From NCBI GenBank assembly GCA_965195195.1, contig CBDAFF010000039.1, forward strand, positions 137,188-201,187: 64,000 nt of DNA. Direction: 5' to 3'. A model generated the notes under the pieces. That model ran no database searches, was not told the origin of the DNA, and saw only the letters and a list, made by a program, of their open reading frames with translations. Origin of the DNA: an uncultured Anaerolineales bacterium. GTDB taxonomy: Bacteria; Chloroflexota; Anaerolineae; Anaerolineales; E44-bin32. Below are positions 39,467-48,308 of the stretch, one piece after another. Both the position numbers and the translations under genes were made by a program. The stretch's first letter is position 1; every line of letters begins with the position of its first letter.

Positions 39467-40382
39467 AGATGAGGTGAAGTTAGTTAATTCTGAATCTGGC
39501 ATCAAGCAGGGTGTGCGGGAGTTCTACGATTCGGTCGGTTGGAAGCAAATCGGCGATGACATCTATCAGAACGCTCGCTATGAAGATCTACGCCCGGTCT
39601 CACGGGAGTATATCCACCGCTGCCATCTGCGCGTTTCACGGCACTTAAATCGAGAAGGTGAGTACCTCCTCGATGCTGGTTCGGGTCCGATCCAATACCC
39701 AGAGTACTTAGAGTATTCCTCCGGTTTCCGGTACCGTGTCTGCCTGGATATTTCCATTTTGGCTTTAAAGGAAGCAAGAGAACGGATCGGGAGCCATGGG
39801 CTGTTTGTCGTGGGCGATGTGGCTAATTTACCCTTTAAGCGCAATGCCTTTGATGGGGTGGCCTCCCTGCATACGGTTCATCACTTGCCGGCAGAGGAGC
39901 AACGCCAGGCTTTCGAGGAACTGTACCGTGTCCTCAGCGTTGGCAATCGAGCAGTAGTTATTTACAGTTGGGGCGATCATGCACTCCTGGTTCGATTGAC
40001 CCGGCTCCCTATCCAATTTGCTTTTGGCCTGTTGAGACTATACCAACGTCTGAGGCAAAAAGAGGATGAATATTCGCAACCGGCGAGTGCAGATGAGTCT
40101 GCCGAGACAGCCCGGATGGTACAACCTACGGGAACTTTTACGTATAAACATGATTACGATTGGGTATGTCGAGAATTGGAAGACATCCAGGGTCTACAAG
40201 TGGTCGTCTGGAGGAGCGTAAGCACTGCCTTTCTTCGGGCATTCATCCACAGGCTATTTCTTGGTAAGTGGTGGCTCCGCGTACTTTTTTGGACGGAGGA
40301 GAGAGCTCCGCGTCTACTCGGGCGGATAGGTCAATATCCCATGATCTTGTTTAAGAAACAAGTGGAAGTCGAGGACAGGTAA
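39453..40382 (+). CDS. Class I SAM-dependent methyltransferase
   Basis: Motif I LLDAGSGPIQYP, and post-I/II GDVANLPFKRNAFDGVASLHTVHHL. Confidence 0.8.
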   Translation: MVMNEDEVKLVNSESGIKQGVREFYDSVGWKQIGDDIYQNARYEDLRPVSREYIHRCHLRVSRHLNREGEYLLDAGSGPIQYPEYLEYSSGFRYRVCLDISILALKEARERIGSHGLFVVGDVANLPFKRNAFDGVASLHTVHHLPAEEQRQAFEELYRVLSVGNRAVVIYSWGDHALLVRLTRLPIQFAFGLLRLYQRLRQKEDEYSQPASADESAETARMVQPTGTFTYKHDYDWVCRELEDIQGLQVVVWRSVSTAFLRAFIHRLFLGKWWLRVLFWTEERAPRLLGRIGQYPMILFKKQVEVEDR

Positions 40383-40387
40383 TCGAG

Positions 40388-41392
40388 GTGAAACGCATGA
40401 ACTGGAATGAGAAAGTTGTATTAATCACCGGCGGTACGGGCTCCTTTGGCCGGAAATTCACCAGGGTTCTGCTCGATGATTACAACCCGGTGAAGCTGAT
40501 CGTGTTTAGCCGGGATGAACTCAAGCAGTATGAGATGAAGACTGCAGGTTTTGATAATCCGAACATAAGGTACTTCATCGGCGATGTGCGGGATTTGATG
40601 CGTTTGCGACGGGCGATGCAGGGTGTAGATATCGTCGTCCATGCCGCTGCGTTGAAGCAGGTGCCAGCTTGCGAATACAACCCCATTGAAGCCATCATGA
40701 CCAACATCATTGGAGGGCGAAACGTCGTCGAAGCTGCGCTTGATACCGGGGTTGAGAAAGTGATGGCGCTGAGCACCGACAAGGCGGTAAACCCCATCAA
40801 TCTGTATGGGGCGACGAAGCTGGCGGCGGAGAAACTGTTTATTCAGTCGAATGCGTATGCGGGTGGAACAGGGACGAGATTTTCATGCGTGCGTTATGGC
40901 AACGTCGTTGGCAGCCGGGGCAGCGTCGTCCCGGTCTTTGTAAACCAGCGATCGAAGGGGAAGATCACGATCACAGATGAACGAATGACGCGCTTCTGGC
41001 TCTCCTTGGAGGAGGGGGTACGTTTCACCATCCGCTGCATCGAGCAAATGGAGGGTGGGGAAGTATTTGTACCAAAAATCCCTTCGATGCGGGTTGTCGA
41101 TCTCGCTAATGCCATCGCACCAGACACTGAGATTGAAGTGATAGGGATCCGTCCTGGGGAGAAACTGCACGAAGTATTAGTTTCAGAAGACGAAGCACGA
41201 CACACTCTTGAATTGGAAGATATGTACGTTGTCGAACCACCGGCAGCGTTATGGTTTGGTCGCGGCTGGCGGGATCGAGGGAAACGACTGCCGGAGGGGT
41301 ACCGATATACAAGCGATGGCAACGATCAATGGCTCGACGAGAGTAAAATTCGCGAGCTCGTTGAACCGTTTGAGAATCCAACAACGGAGTAA
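40388..41392 (+). CDS. pseB: UDP-N-acetylglucosamine 4,6-dehydratase (inverting), PseB/FlaA1-type
   Basis: It matches my recollection of Helicobacter FlaA1 along almost its whole length: ITGGTGSFG, SRDELKQ, FIGDVRD, HAAALKQVP, LSTDKAVNPINLYGATKL, VRYGNVVGSRGSVVP, MTRFW, GGEVFVPKIPSM and GIRPGEKLHE. Confidence 0.85.
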   Translation: MKRMNWNEKVVLITGGTGSFGRKFTRVLLDDYNPVKLIVFSRDELKQYEMKTAGFDNPNIRYFIGDVRDLMRLRRAMQGVDIVVHAAALKQVPACEYNPIEAIMTNIIGGRNVVEAALDTGVEKVMALSTDKAVNPINLYGATKLAAEKLFIQSNAYAGGTGTRFSCVRYGNVVGSRGSVVPVFVNQRSKGKITITDERMTRFWLSLEEGVRFTIRCIEQMEGGEVFVPKIPSMRVVDLANAIAPDTEIEVIGIRPGEKLHEVLVSEDEARHTLELEDMYVVEPPAALWFGRGWRDRGKRLPEGYRYTSDGNDQWLDESKIRELVEPFENPTTE

Positions 41393-41403
41393 CTCACAAG
41401 AAT

Positions 41404-42324
41404 ATGCCCCGTCTATTGATCACCGGCGCGAGCGGTTTACTGGGAGCTAACCTCGTCTTGACTGCTCACGAGGCGTACGAGGTAATGGCTGTCTACCATC
41501 GGCATCCCATCGAACTGAAGGGAGTCCAATCAAAGTCGGCAGATCTGAGTCAGCAAGGCAGATCGAAAGAGTTGTTCGATCGTTTTCAACCAGATTGGGT
41601 AATCCACTGTGCAGCGGATACGTCTATCGATGAACTTGAAAGTAACCCTAAGCGTGCATTTCGTATGAACAGGGATATGGCAGCTAACGTAGCTGAAGCC
41701 GCAAAGGAAACCGGAGCCAAGCTGGTCCACATATCGACTGACGCCGTCTTCGATGGTATTTCGGGGTCCTACCGGGAGGATGACCCAACCGAACCGGTGA
41801 ACGTCTATGGGAAGAGTAAACTCACGGGAGAGCAAGCTGTGCAAGCGCTCTGCCCTGAAGCTTTGATCATCCGTACAAATATATTTGGCTGGAATGCTCA
41901 ACCGAAGAGTTCTTTAGCGGAGTGGTTTATCGATAACCTTATGCAAGGGGTCTCATGCAAGGGGTTTGTTGATGTGTATTTCAATCCATTACTCGTAAAT
42001 CAACTGTGGGTAATCATCAATAGTTTAATGAGATTAGATTTGGGTGGAGTATTTCATGTGGGATCGGATCAATGTATATCAAAGTACGAGTTTGGCGTCC
42101 GACTTGCTGAATCCTTTGATCTAAACAAGGAGCTCATTAGCGCCGTTGAGATTGAGACGGGAAATTTGCGAGCGCCCCGTCCAAAAAACACTTGCCTTGA
42201 TTGCTCTAAGATTAGGAAAGTTATTAACGTAGAATTACTGGATTTAGAATCAAATATTAGTTTCTTCCATAGACTTGAGCAATCGGGTTATGTTGAAGAT
42301 ATCAGGAAAATGGCTATCCAATAA
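41404..42324 (+). CDS. RmlD-like SDR reductase (dTDP-4-dehydrorhamnose reductase family)
   Basis: ITGASGLLG, HCAADTS, ISTDAVFDG and YGKSKLTGE (YxxxK). The length and order of these blocks match the RmlD_sub_bind family. Confidence 0.75.
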   Translation: MPRLLITGASGLLGANLVLTAHEAYEVMAVYHRHPIELKGVQSKSADLSQQGRSKELFDRFQPDWVIHCAADTSIDELESNPKRAFRMNRDMAANVAEAAKETGAKLVHISTDAVFDGISGSYREDDPTEPVNVYGKSKLTGEQAVQALCPEALIIRTNIFGWNAQPKSSLAEWFIDNLMQGVSCKGFVDVYFNPLLVNQLWVIINSLMRLDLGGVFHVGSDQCISKYEFGVRLAESFDLNKELISAVEIETGNLRAPRPKNTCLDCSKIRKVINVELLDLESNISFFHRLEQSGYVEDIRKMAIQ

Positions 42325-42358
42325 TTCGTCCACACCGCAGAGCTTGAGGATATACAAG

Positions 42359-43162
42359 ATGTATGAACTGCTTGAGATCTCATTGGCTGACACCCAGCGC
42401 TTGTTGTCGTACAAAAGGGATCTGGATCTAGAAATCCATCTAAACATTAAGGGTTTTGACTACGGCTGGATTTTGAATTCAGTAGAGTGGAAACCGGAGA
42501 TGAAGGTTTTAGATGTCGGAGCCGGTTACTCTCGATTACCTTTGCATATTGCGCGAACATTTGGCTGTGAGGTTTGGTCAGTCGATGATTTCGGTTTTGG
42601 TGATGATGGGTATTGGGCGCGGAACCAGGATCCAAATGCATATATTCGAGAGAATTCGGATGTGAGATTCATCCTTGAGAAGGTTGGCAAATCCCAAAAA
42701 TCAAGTCTTCCAGAAAATTACTTTGATGTCATTTATAGTGCGTCTGCATTGGAGCATATTGAGCCATCCCAAGTGCCTGGTGTGTGGTTGCACATGAGCA
42801 AGATTCTCAAATCTGGTGGTCTGATGCTGCATGCGCTCGATATCGCCTTCCCTACTAGTAGAGGATGGCCGCATGTCCTTATGGCAGAAGCCTTTGATGT
42901 TCTCTATCCCCTGCTCCCTAAAAGTATTCGCACGAGGTATCTTTATGAAACACCGAAATCTTATATTCGACATATCGCTAAAACCATTGAAATTAACACA
43001 TTCGGTAGACTTGGAGATGTTGGCATTGTAAACATGGTTATAAATCCGGAGATTGTTACAGAGCCCCTAGATTACACACTCAACCGTATGATCAAGGATG
43101 GCGACGAAACGGCGAGATATTTTAGAGTAGGCTCGCTGCAAATTGCTTTAAAGAAAAGATGA
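42359..43162 (+). CDS. Class I SAM-dependent methyltransferase (AT-rich gene)
   Basis: Motif I VLDVGAGYSRLP, and later FDVIYSASALEHI. The start is moved to ATG 42359 to remove the overlap with the reductase. Confidence 0.65.
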   Translation: MYELLEISLADTQRLLSYKRDLDLEIHLNIKGFDYGWILNSVEWKPEMKVLDVGAGYSRLPLHIARTFGCEVWSVDDFGFGDDGYWARNQDPNAYIRENSDVRFILEKVGKSQKSSLPENYFDVIYSASALEHIEPSQVPGVWLHMSKILKSGGLMLHALDIAFPTSRGWPHVLMAEAFDVLYPLLPKSIRTRYLYETPKSYIRHIAKTIEINTFGRLGDVGIVNMVINPEIVTEPLDYTLNRMIKDGDETARYFRVGSLQIALKKR

Positions 43163-43180
43163 TCGAGGAAGGTTAATATT

Positions 43181-44254
43181 ATGATGCAAATCGCGATTGA
43201 GGACCGTCTTGTAGGCGAGTCATACCCTGTTTATTTTATCGCTGACATCGCCGCGAACCATGACGGCGACTTAGAACGGGCGAAGATGCTTATCCGAATG
43301 GCGAAGGATGCAGGCGCAGAAGCGGCGAAATTCCAAAACTTTAGCGCGCCGAAAATCGTTTCGGATTACGGTTTCAAGACCTTGGGAAGTCAGTTGTCCC
43401 ATCAGACTAAGTGGAAGAAATCCGTGTTCGAAGTCTATCAAGACGCATCCGTCCCCTGGGATTGGACACCCATCTTGAAGGAAGAGTGCGATAAAGTAGG
43501 CATTCACTATTTCTCTTCCCCCTATGATTTTGAAACCATCGACATGCTTGACCCCTTTGTCCCAGCCTTTAAGGCGGGTTCTGGATTGATGAGTTGGCCC
43601 GAAGCGCTGGTTTATATGGCCAGCAAAGGAAAGCCCATAATCATGGCAACGGGCGCGAGCGAGTTGGGCGAAGTGGTAGAGAACGTAAGCGCTGTTCTGG
43701 AAGTAAATCCAGATCTCGTGTTGATGCAATGTAACACTAATTACACCGCCAACCTGGAGAACTTCGATCATATCCACTTGAATGTGCTGAAGACGTACGC
43801 ATCACTCTTCCCGGATGTTGTCTTGGGCTTATCGGACCACACTCCGGGTCATGCGACGGTTCTTGGAGCCGTCACCTTAGGTGCACGAGCGGTTGAGAAG
43901 CATTTTACGGATGACAACGACCGCGAGGGTCCAGACCATAAATTTGCTTTGGATCCAGATGCCTGGGTGGAGATGGTCGATAGAACACGCGAACTCGAGC
44001 GTGCATTTGGTTCTTCTGTTAAACGTGTAGCAGACAATGAGAAGGAGACAGTGGTCCTTCAGCGGCGGTGTCTTAGGGCGGCGCGCGACATCAAAGTAAA
44101 TGAGGTGCTCACGGGAGAGATGATCGATGTTCTGCGGCCGGCCACGCCAGGTGCGATCCCACCTAAAGAGATCGGGGCCGTTGTTGGCACAAAGGCAGCG
44201 GAAGATATCACGACGGGAGAGGCGCTGTTCTGGACGAAGCTGGTGGGCGATTGA
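43181..44254 (+). CDS. N-acetylneuraminate-synthase-family enzyme (NeuB/PseI/LegI/SpsE-like) with C-terminal SAF domain
   Basis: IADIAANHDGDLERAKMLIRMAKDAGAEAAKFQ, LSDHTPG and a C-terminal SAF-like region (RAARDIKVNEVLTGEMI). Confidence 0.85.
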   Translation: MMQIAIEDRLVGESYPVYFIADIAANHDGDLERAKMLIRMAKDAGAEAAKFQNFSAPKIVSDYGFKTLGSQLSHQTKWKKSVFEVYQDASVPWDWTPILKEECDKVGIHYFSSPYDFETIDMLDPFVPAFKAGSGLMSWPEALVYMASKGKPIIMATGASELGEVVENVSAVLEVNPDLVLMQCNTNYTANLENFDHIHLNVLKTYASLFPDVVLGLSDHTPGHATVLGAVTLGARAVEKHFTDDNDREGPDHKFALDPDAWVEMVDRTRELERAFGSSVKRVADNEKETVVLQRRCLRAARDIKVNEVLTGEMIDVLRPATPGAIPPKEIGAVVGTKAAEDITTGEALFWTKLVGD

Positions 44255-45372
44255 GGGTTTTGTATTTCACACGCGGCTTCGGGCCGCACGATCAGCGTTT
44301 TGTCTCCGCTCTGCTTGAGCTGGGGCATGAAGTCATCTATCTTAGCTTGATGGCCAACAGGGATGGCTTGACTGGAAGCACGTTTTCAAACCGAGTCCAC
44401 ATAGAGGAAGCTCTCGTAGGAGACGGGGATCTTGGATGGTTTGACTTAATGAGACTGATTTCGAAGACGAAGGAAACCCTCCGGCGGGTTCGTCCAGATG
44501 TGGTTCATGCAGGACCGATCCAGAAATCGGCGTTGCTGACCGCATTAGCGGGCTACCACCCACTGGTCAGTATGTCGTGGGGGTCAGATCTGCTGATGGA
44601 TGCTCGTCGCGGGATTGGACGTTGGGGGGCAAAACTCACACTTAACCGCAGTGATGCACTGTTGTGCGATTGTCAGGCGGTGAAGGAAAGGGCGCGAGCT
44701 TTAGGTATGCCGTCGGAGCGGATCGTCGTTTTCCCATGGGGTGTGAATCTCAGTCATTTCAATCCGCAAGGATCCGCTGAAGCGCGTCAGAGATTAGGCT
44801 GGGATCCGAATTTCGTCCTGTTATCCGCGCGGATGTGGGAACCGATTTATGGCGTTGATCTACTGGTCAAGGCATTCGTCCAAGCGGCGAAGCGGCTCCC
44901 CAAGCTTAGGTTAATTATGCTCGGCGATGGCTCTCAACGTACTTTGATCCATGATTTATTGGCAGATGCCGGACTAGAGGAACGAGTTCACTTCGCGGGT
45001 ATGATTGCGAACGCTTCCCTACCGGATTACTATCGCTCGGCGGATTTATACATCAGTGCTTCACACAGCGATGGCAGCTCGGTGTCCCTTCTGGAAGCGA
45101 TGGCTTGTGGCTTGCCATCCGTGGTTTCCAATATCCCCGGGAACATGGAATGGGTGAAGCATGGTGAGACGGGCTGGTTTTTTGCTGACAGAGCGGTTGA
45201 TGAGTTGACTCAGGGGATTTTCACAGCGGGCCAACATAAGGATAATTTGAAATCAATGGGGCAGATAGCTCGAGATGTGGTTGAGGCGCGAGCGGATTGG
45301 AACAAGAATTATCCAAAGATGACCGAGGCGTATCAGATGGCAATCGATTACGCGAACAGACGGGTGATGTGA
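44251..45372 (+). CDS. GT-B glycosyltransferase, family 4-like
   Basis: EX7E region EAMACGLPSVVSNIPGNMEWV with GT4 architecture. Confidence 0.8.
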   Translation: MRVLYFTRGFGPHDQRFVSALLELGHEVIYLSLMANRDGLTGSTFSNRVHIEEALVGDGDLGWFDLMRLISKTKETLRRVRPDVVHAGPIQKSALLTALAGYHPLVSMSWGSDLLMDARRGIGRWGAKLTLNRSDALLCDCQAVKERARALGMPSERIVVFPWGVNLSHFNPQGSAEARQRLGWDPNFVLLSARMWEPIYGVDLLVKAFVQAAKRLPKLRLIMLGDGSQRTLIHDLLADAGLEERVHFAGMIANASLPDYYRSADLYISASHSDGSSVSLLEAMACGLPSVVSNIPGNMEWVKHGETGWFFADRAVDELTQGIFTAGQHKDNLKSMGQIARDVVEARADWNKNYPKMTEAYQMAIDYANRRVM

Positions 45373-46124
45373 ACAAGCAGCGAGTAGTAGGGATCATCCA
45401 GGCTCGTATGAGTTCTAACCGACTTCCTGGTAAGGTTTTGCTGGATATCGGTGGTGAGCCCATGCTCATGAGGGTGTTTACCCGAGCAAGACGGGCGAAA
45501 CGACTAGACGAAGTGGTTATTGCCACGAGTGTGGACGTTGAGGATGAACCGATTTTGCGCTTATGCGAGGAGAGAGGCGTCCCATATTCACGCGGAAGTG
45601 TATTGGATGTACTCGATCGCTTCAAGAATGCAGCCCGAGAGCACGGTGCGGAGATTGTCGTCAGGCTCACGGCGGATTGCCCGGTGATCGATCCGGTCTT
45701 GATTGATCAAACTGTAGATGCATTTCTCGCGTCTGATCCACCAGTTGATTTAGCAGTCAATCGCTTGCCGTGGGATCGGACATTCCCAATTGGGCTTGAT
45801 ACAGAGGTGTGTGCCAGCTCAACATTGGAAATCGCCTGGCGTGAAGCAGATGAGCCGCACCAGCGTGAACATGTCATGCCTTTCTTATACGAGAACCCTG
45901 AACGCTTTAGAATTTTGCATGTTCGGAACGAAAAGGATTACGGTCGATTGCGCTGGACGGTGGATACCGCAGATGATCTGACTTTCATCCGTGAAATCTA
46001 CGCTCGCTTTGGTGGGCGTGATGATTTCACGTGGGGTGATGTATTAGCTTTACTTGAGAAGGAACCAGAACTTGCGGAGATCAACGCACATGTCCAGCAC
46101 AAATCACACCTGGATGTTGGCTGA
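45369..46124 (+). CDS. Cytidylyltransferase (CTP_transf_3; SpsF/PseF/NeuA-like CMP-sugar synthetase)
   Basis: N-terminal IIQARMSSNRLPGKVL. The GTG at 45369 overlaps the upstream TGA stop (ATGTGA). The track's longer ORF (45297) runs inside the GT4 gene. Confidence 0.75.
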   Translation: MNKQRVVGIIQARMSSNRLPGKVLLDIGGEPMLMRVFTRARRAKRLDEVVIATSVDVEDEPILRLCEERGVPYSRGSVLDVLDRFKNAAREHGAEIVVRLTADCPVIDPVLIDQTVDAFLASDPPVDLAVNRLPWDRTFPIGLDTEVCASSTLEIAWREADEPHQREHVMPFLYENPERFRILHVRNEKDYGRLRWTVDTADDLTFIREIYARFGGRDDFTWGDVLALLEKEPELAEINAHVQHKSHLDVG

Positions 46125-46169
46125 GATGATTGAGTTCATTGGCGATAAAAATCCGAGGAAGAAATCTGG

Positions 46170-47138
46170 ATGCTGACGATATTCAGCGCGCCTAAACCTT
46201 TTTCTGACCCGCATATTGCGCGAATACAGCGAAACGCGATCGCTTCTTGGCTGCACCTTGGTGAGGAAGTTGAGGTCCTACTTATTGGAGACGAGCTAGG
46301 GCTGGCGGAAGTAGGAGCTGAACTCGGGGTTAAGGTGCTTCGAGATGTAGAGAGGAACGAGGAAGGCACCCCGCTCATCTCCTCAATATTCCAATTGGCG
46401 AGCCGTGAGTCGCAACACCCCTTTCTCTGTTATGCAAACGCCGATATCCTGCTTTTTGAAGATCTCATAGATGCAGTTCAACATATCTCATCTCGGTTCA
46501 ATGACTTTCTTATCCTTGGGCAACGATGGGATCTTGATCTAGAGCAGGAGCTAACCTTTGACGAGGGTTGGCCGCGGAGATTAATGGAGAATGTGCAGTC
46601 GCGAGGGCGAAGACACCCACCAATGGGCAGCGATTACTTCATCTTTCGGAAGGAGTTGTTTCAAGATATCCCAGCCTTCGCATTGGGCAGAGCGGGGTGG
46701 GATAATTGGATGATCTACGCGGGACGGAGAGCCGGCGTCCCGGTCGTCGATGCCAGTGAAGCGATTACCGTGGTCCATCAGAATCATGATTATCAACATC
46801 TTCCGAACAACCAACCCCACTACCGCTTACCGGAAAGTCTACGTAATATCGAGTTAGGCGGTGGCCGCGAGACTATATTCAATCTGTCGGATGCGACCTG
46901 GCGCATGGACCAAGAATCGCTTCTTCGGAATTATCCAATGCGGATAGGTATTAGACGCTGGGTGGAAACGGAATGTATCAGCCGATTTGGACCAGGGCGA
47001 TCGGCGCGGGTGATACAGCGACTTCTACACCCGATCCAGACTCTTCGTCAGTCAAAGGATGTCTTATGGCGCAGACTGAATAGCAAAGAAGCAAGTTCGA
47101 ATAATTCACCTACTATAGACGGGAGTCGAGGATCTTAA
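46170..47138 (+). CDS. Hypothetical protein, possibly a GT-A-fold transferase
   Basis: 322 aa and soluble. The N-terminal MLTIFSAPKPF and the YANADILLF segment resemble nucleotide-diphospho-sugar transferase strands. I recognise no family with confidence. Confidence 0.35.
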   Translation: MLTIFSAPKPFSDPHIARIQRNAIASWLHLGEEVEVLLIGDELGLAEVGAELGVKVLRDVERNEEGTPLISSIFQLASRESQHPFLCYANADILLFEDLIDAVQHISSRFNDFLILGQRWDLDLEQELTFDEGWPRRLMENVQSRGRRHPPMGSDYFIFRKELFQDIPAFALGRAGWDNWMIYAGRRAGVPVVDASEAITVVHQNHDYQHLPNNQPHYRLPESLRNIELGGGRETIFNLSDATWRMDQESLLRNYPMRIGIRRWVETECISRFGPGRSARVIQRLLHPIQTLRQSKDVLWRRLNSKEASSNNSPTIDGSRGS

Positions 47139-47139
47139 G

Positions 47140-48189
47140 ATGGGGCGAGTAGGAATGAACCCGGCGCGAAACCGGGTGAGCGATTATCGACCGGCCAAGG
47201 TTACCCTGGCTGTGCTGACCTCAATTCCGCATCATGTTGGGTACTTCAGCGGACGGTTCGATGTCTTGAAGCTCTGCCTGGCTAGTCTGGTGAAACATAC
47301 GGAAGACCCTCACGACTTATTGGTTTTCGATAATGACAGTTGTGGAGAAGTGAAAGACTTCCTCCGCGACATGCAAGAGCAGGGAGTGATACGCTTCCTG
47401 GTAAGCAGCAGTGAAAATGTCGGAAAACTCGGTGCCTTGCAGCTAATTTCCCAAGTCGCACCAGGAGAGATCATTGCCTATTGCGACGATGATACCTTTT
47501 TCTATCCTGGATGGCTTTCGGCTCACATTGAGCTGATGGAGTGGTTCCCTAAAGTGGGTGTCGTTAGTGGGATGATATGGCGAACATTGTATGATCACGG
47601 GATACGCGGGAACATGCAGATGGCAGAACATGACCCAGATATTGATCTAATATTTGGACAGAATATACCCGAGCAGTGGGAAATCGACTATGCGATCTCT
47701 TTGGGTCGTGATCTTCAACCCCATTTGGATCTCATACGGCAATTGGAGGACATCATTATTGAGCGGGATGGCGTTCGTGCCTTTGCTGCCGCGGGACACA
47801 GTCAGTTTGTCATCCGTAAGGAGATCTTACAAAATTTCCTCCCAGATCAATGGACGGGTCGGATGATGGGGGGAATGATGGACTTTGATAACGCGGTAGC
47901 GGATGCCGGTTACTTGCGGCTTTCAACCTCCGAGCGAACAACCCGGAATATCGGTGGGTTGATTACGGAGGACATTGCGGACGAGGCTAGGCGACTATCA
48001 TTACCCATTGATGAGAAATCTTGGGAGAACACAGATCTTCGGAAGGCATCAATGGCTACCAGGTTCCTCCGCTGGAGTCCCATCCGCTGGTTCCTGCAAG
48101 GTCTTTACAATCGACTCTTCTGGCTGCTTTCCAATCAATCGGGGGAGTGGTTCGACGAGGCTGATGTATTGGACAATCAAGCCGAATAA
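47140..48189 (+). CDS. GT-A (GT2-like) glycosyltransferase, paralog 1
   Basis: VLTSIP...VFDNDSCGEV and AYCDDDTFFYPGWL (DxD). It is collinear with the next gene. Confidence 0.7.
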   Translation: MGRVGMNPARNRVSDYRPAKVTLAVLTSIPHHVGYFSGRFDVLKLCLASLVKHTEDPHDLLVFDNDSCGEVKDFLRDMQEQGVIRFLVSSSENVGKLGALQLISQVAPGEIIAYCDDDTFFYPGWLSAHIELMEWFPKVGVVSGMIWRTLYDHGIRGNMQMAEHDPDIDLIFGQNIPEQWEIDYAISLGRDLQPHLDLIRQLEDIIIERDGVRAFAAAGHSQFVIRKEILQNFLPDQWTGRMMGGMMDFDNAVADAGYLRLSTSERTTRNIGGLITEDIADEARRLSLPIDEKSWENTDLRKASMATRFLRWSPIRWFLQGLYNRLFWLLSNQSGEWFDEADVLDNQAE

Positions 48190-48308
48190 ATAAGAGAACA
48201 GACGATCCTACAGCGATATCCTAAATCGATGGGAGTCTCTGCGAAAGCAGTTTATTTAGGGGCAACTTTTCAGGGAGCGAGCATGGTAGAAATGGGGTTG
48301 AAATTAGC

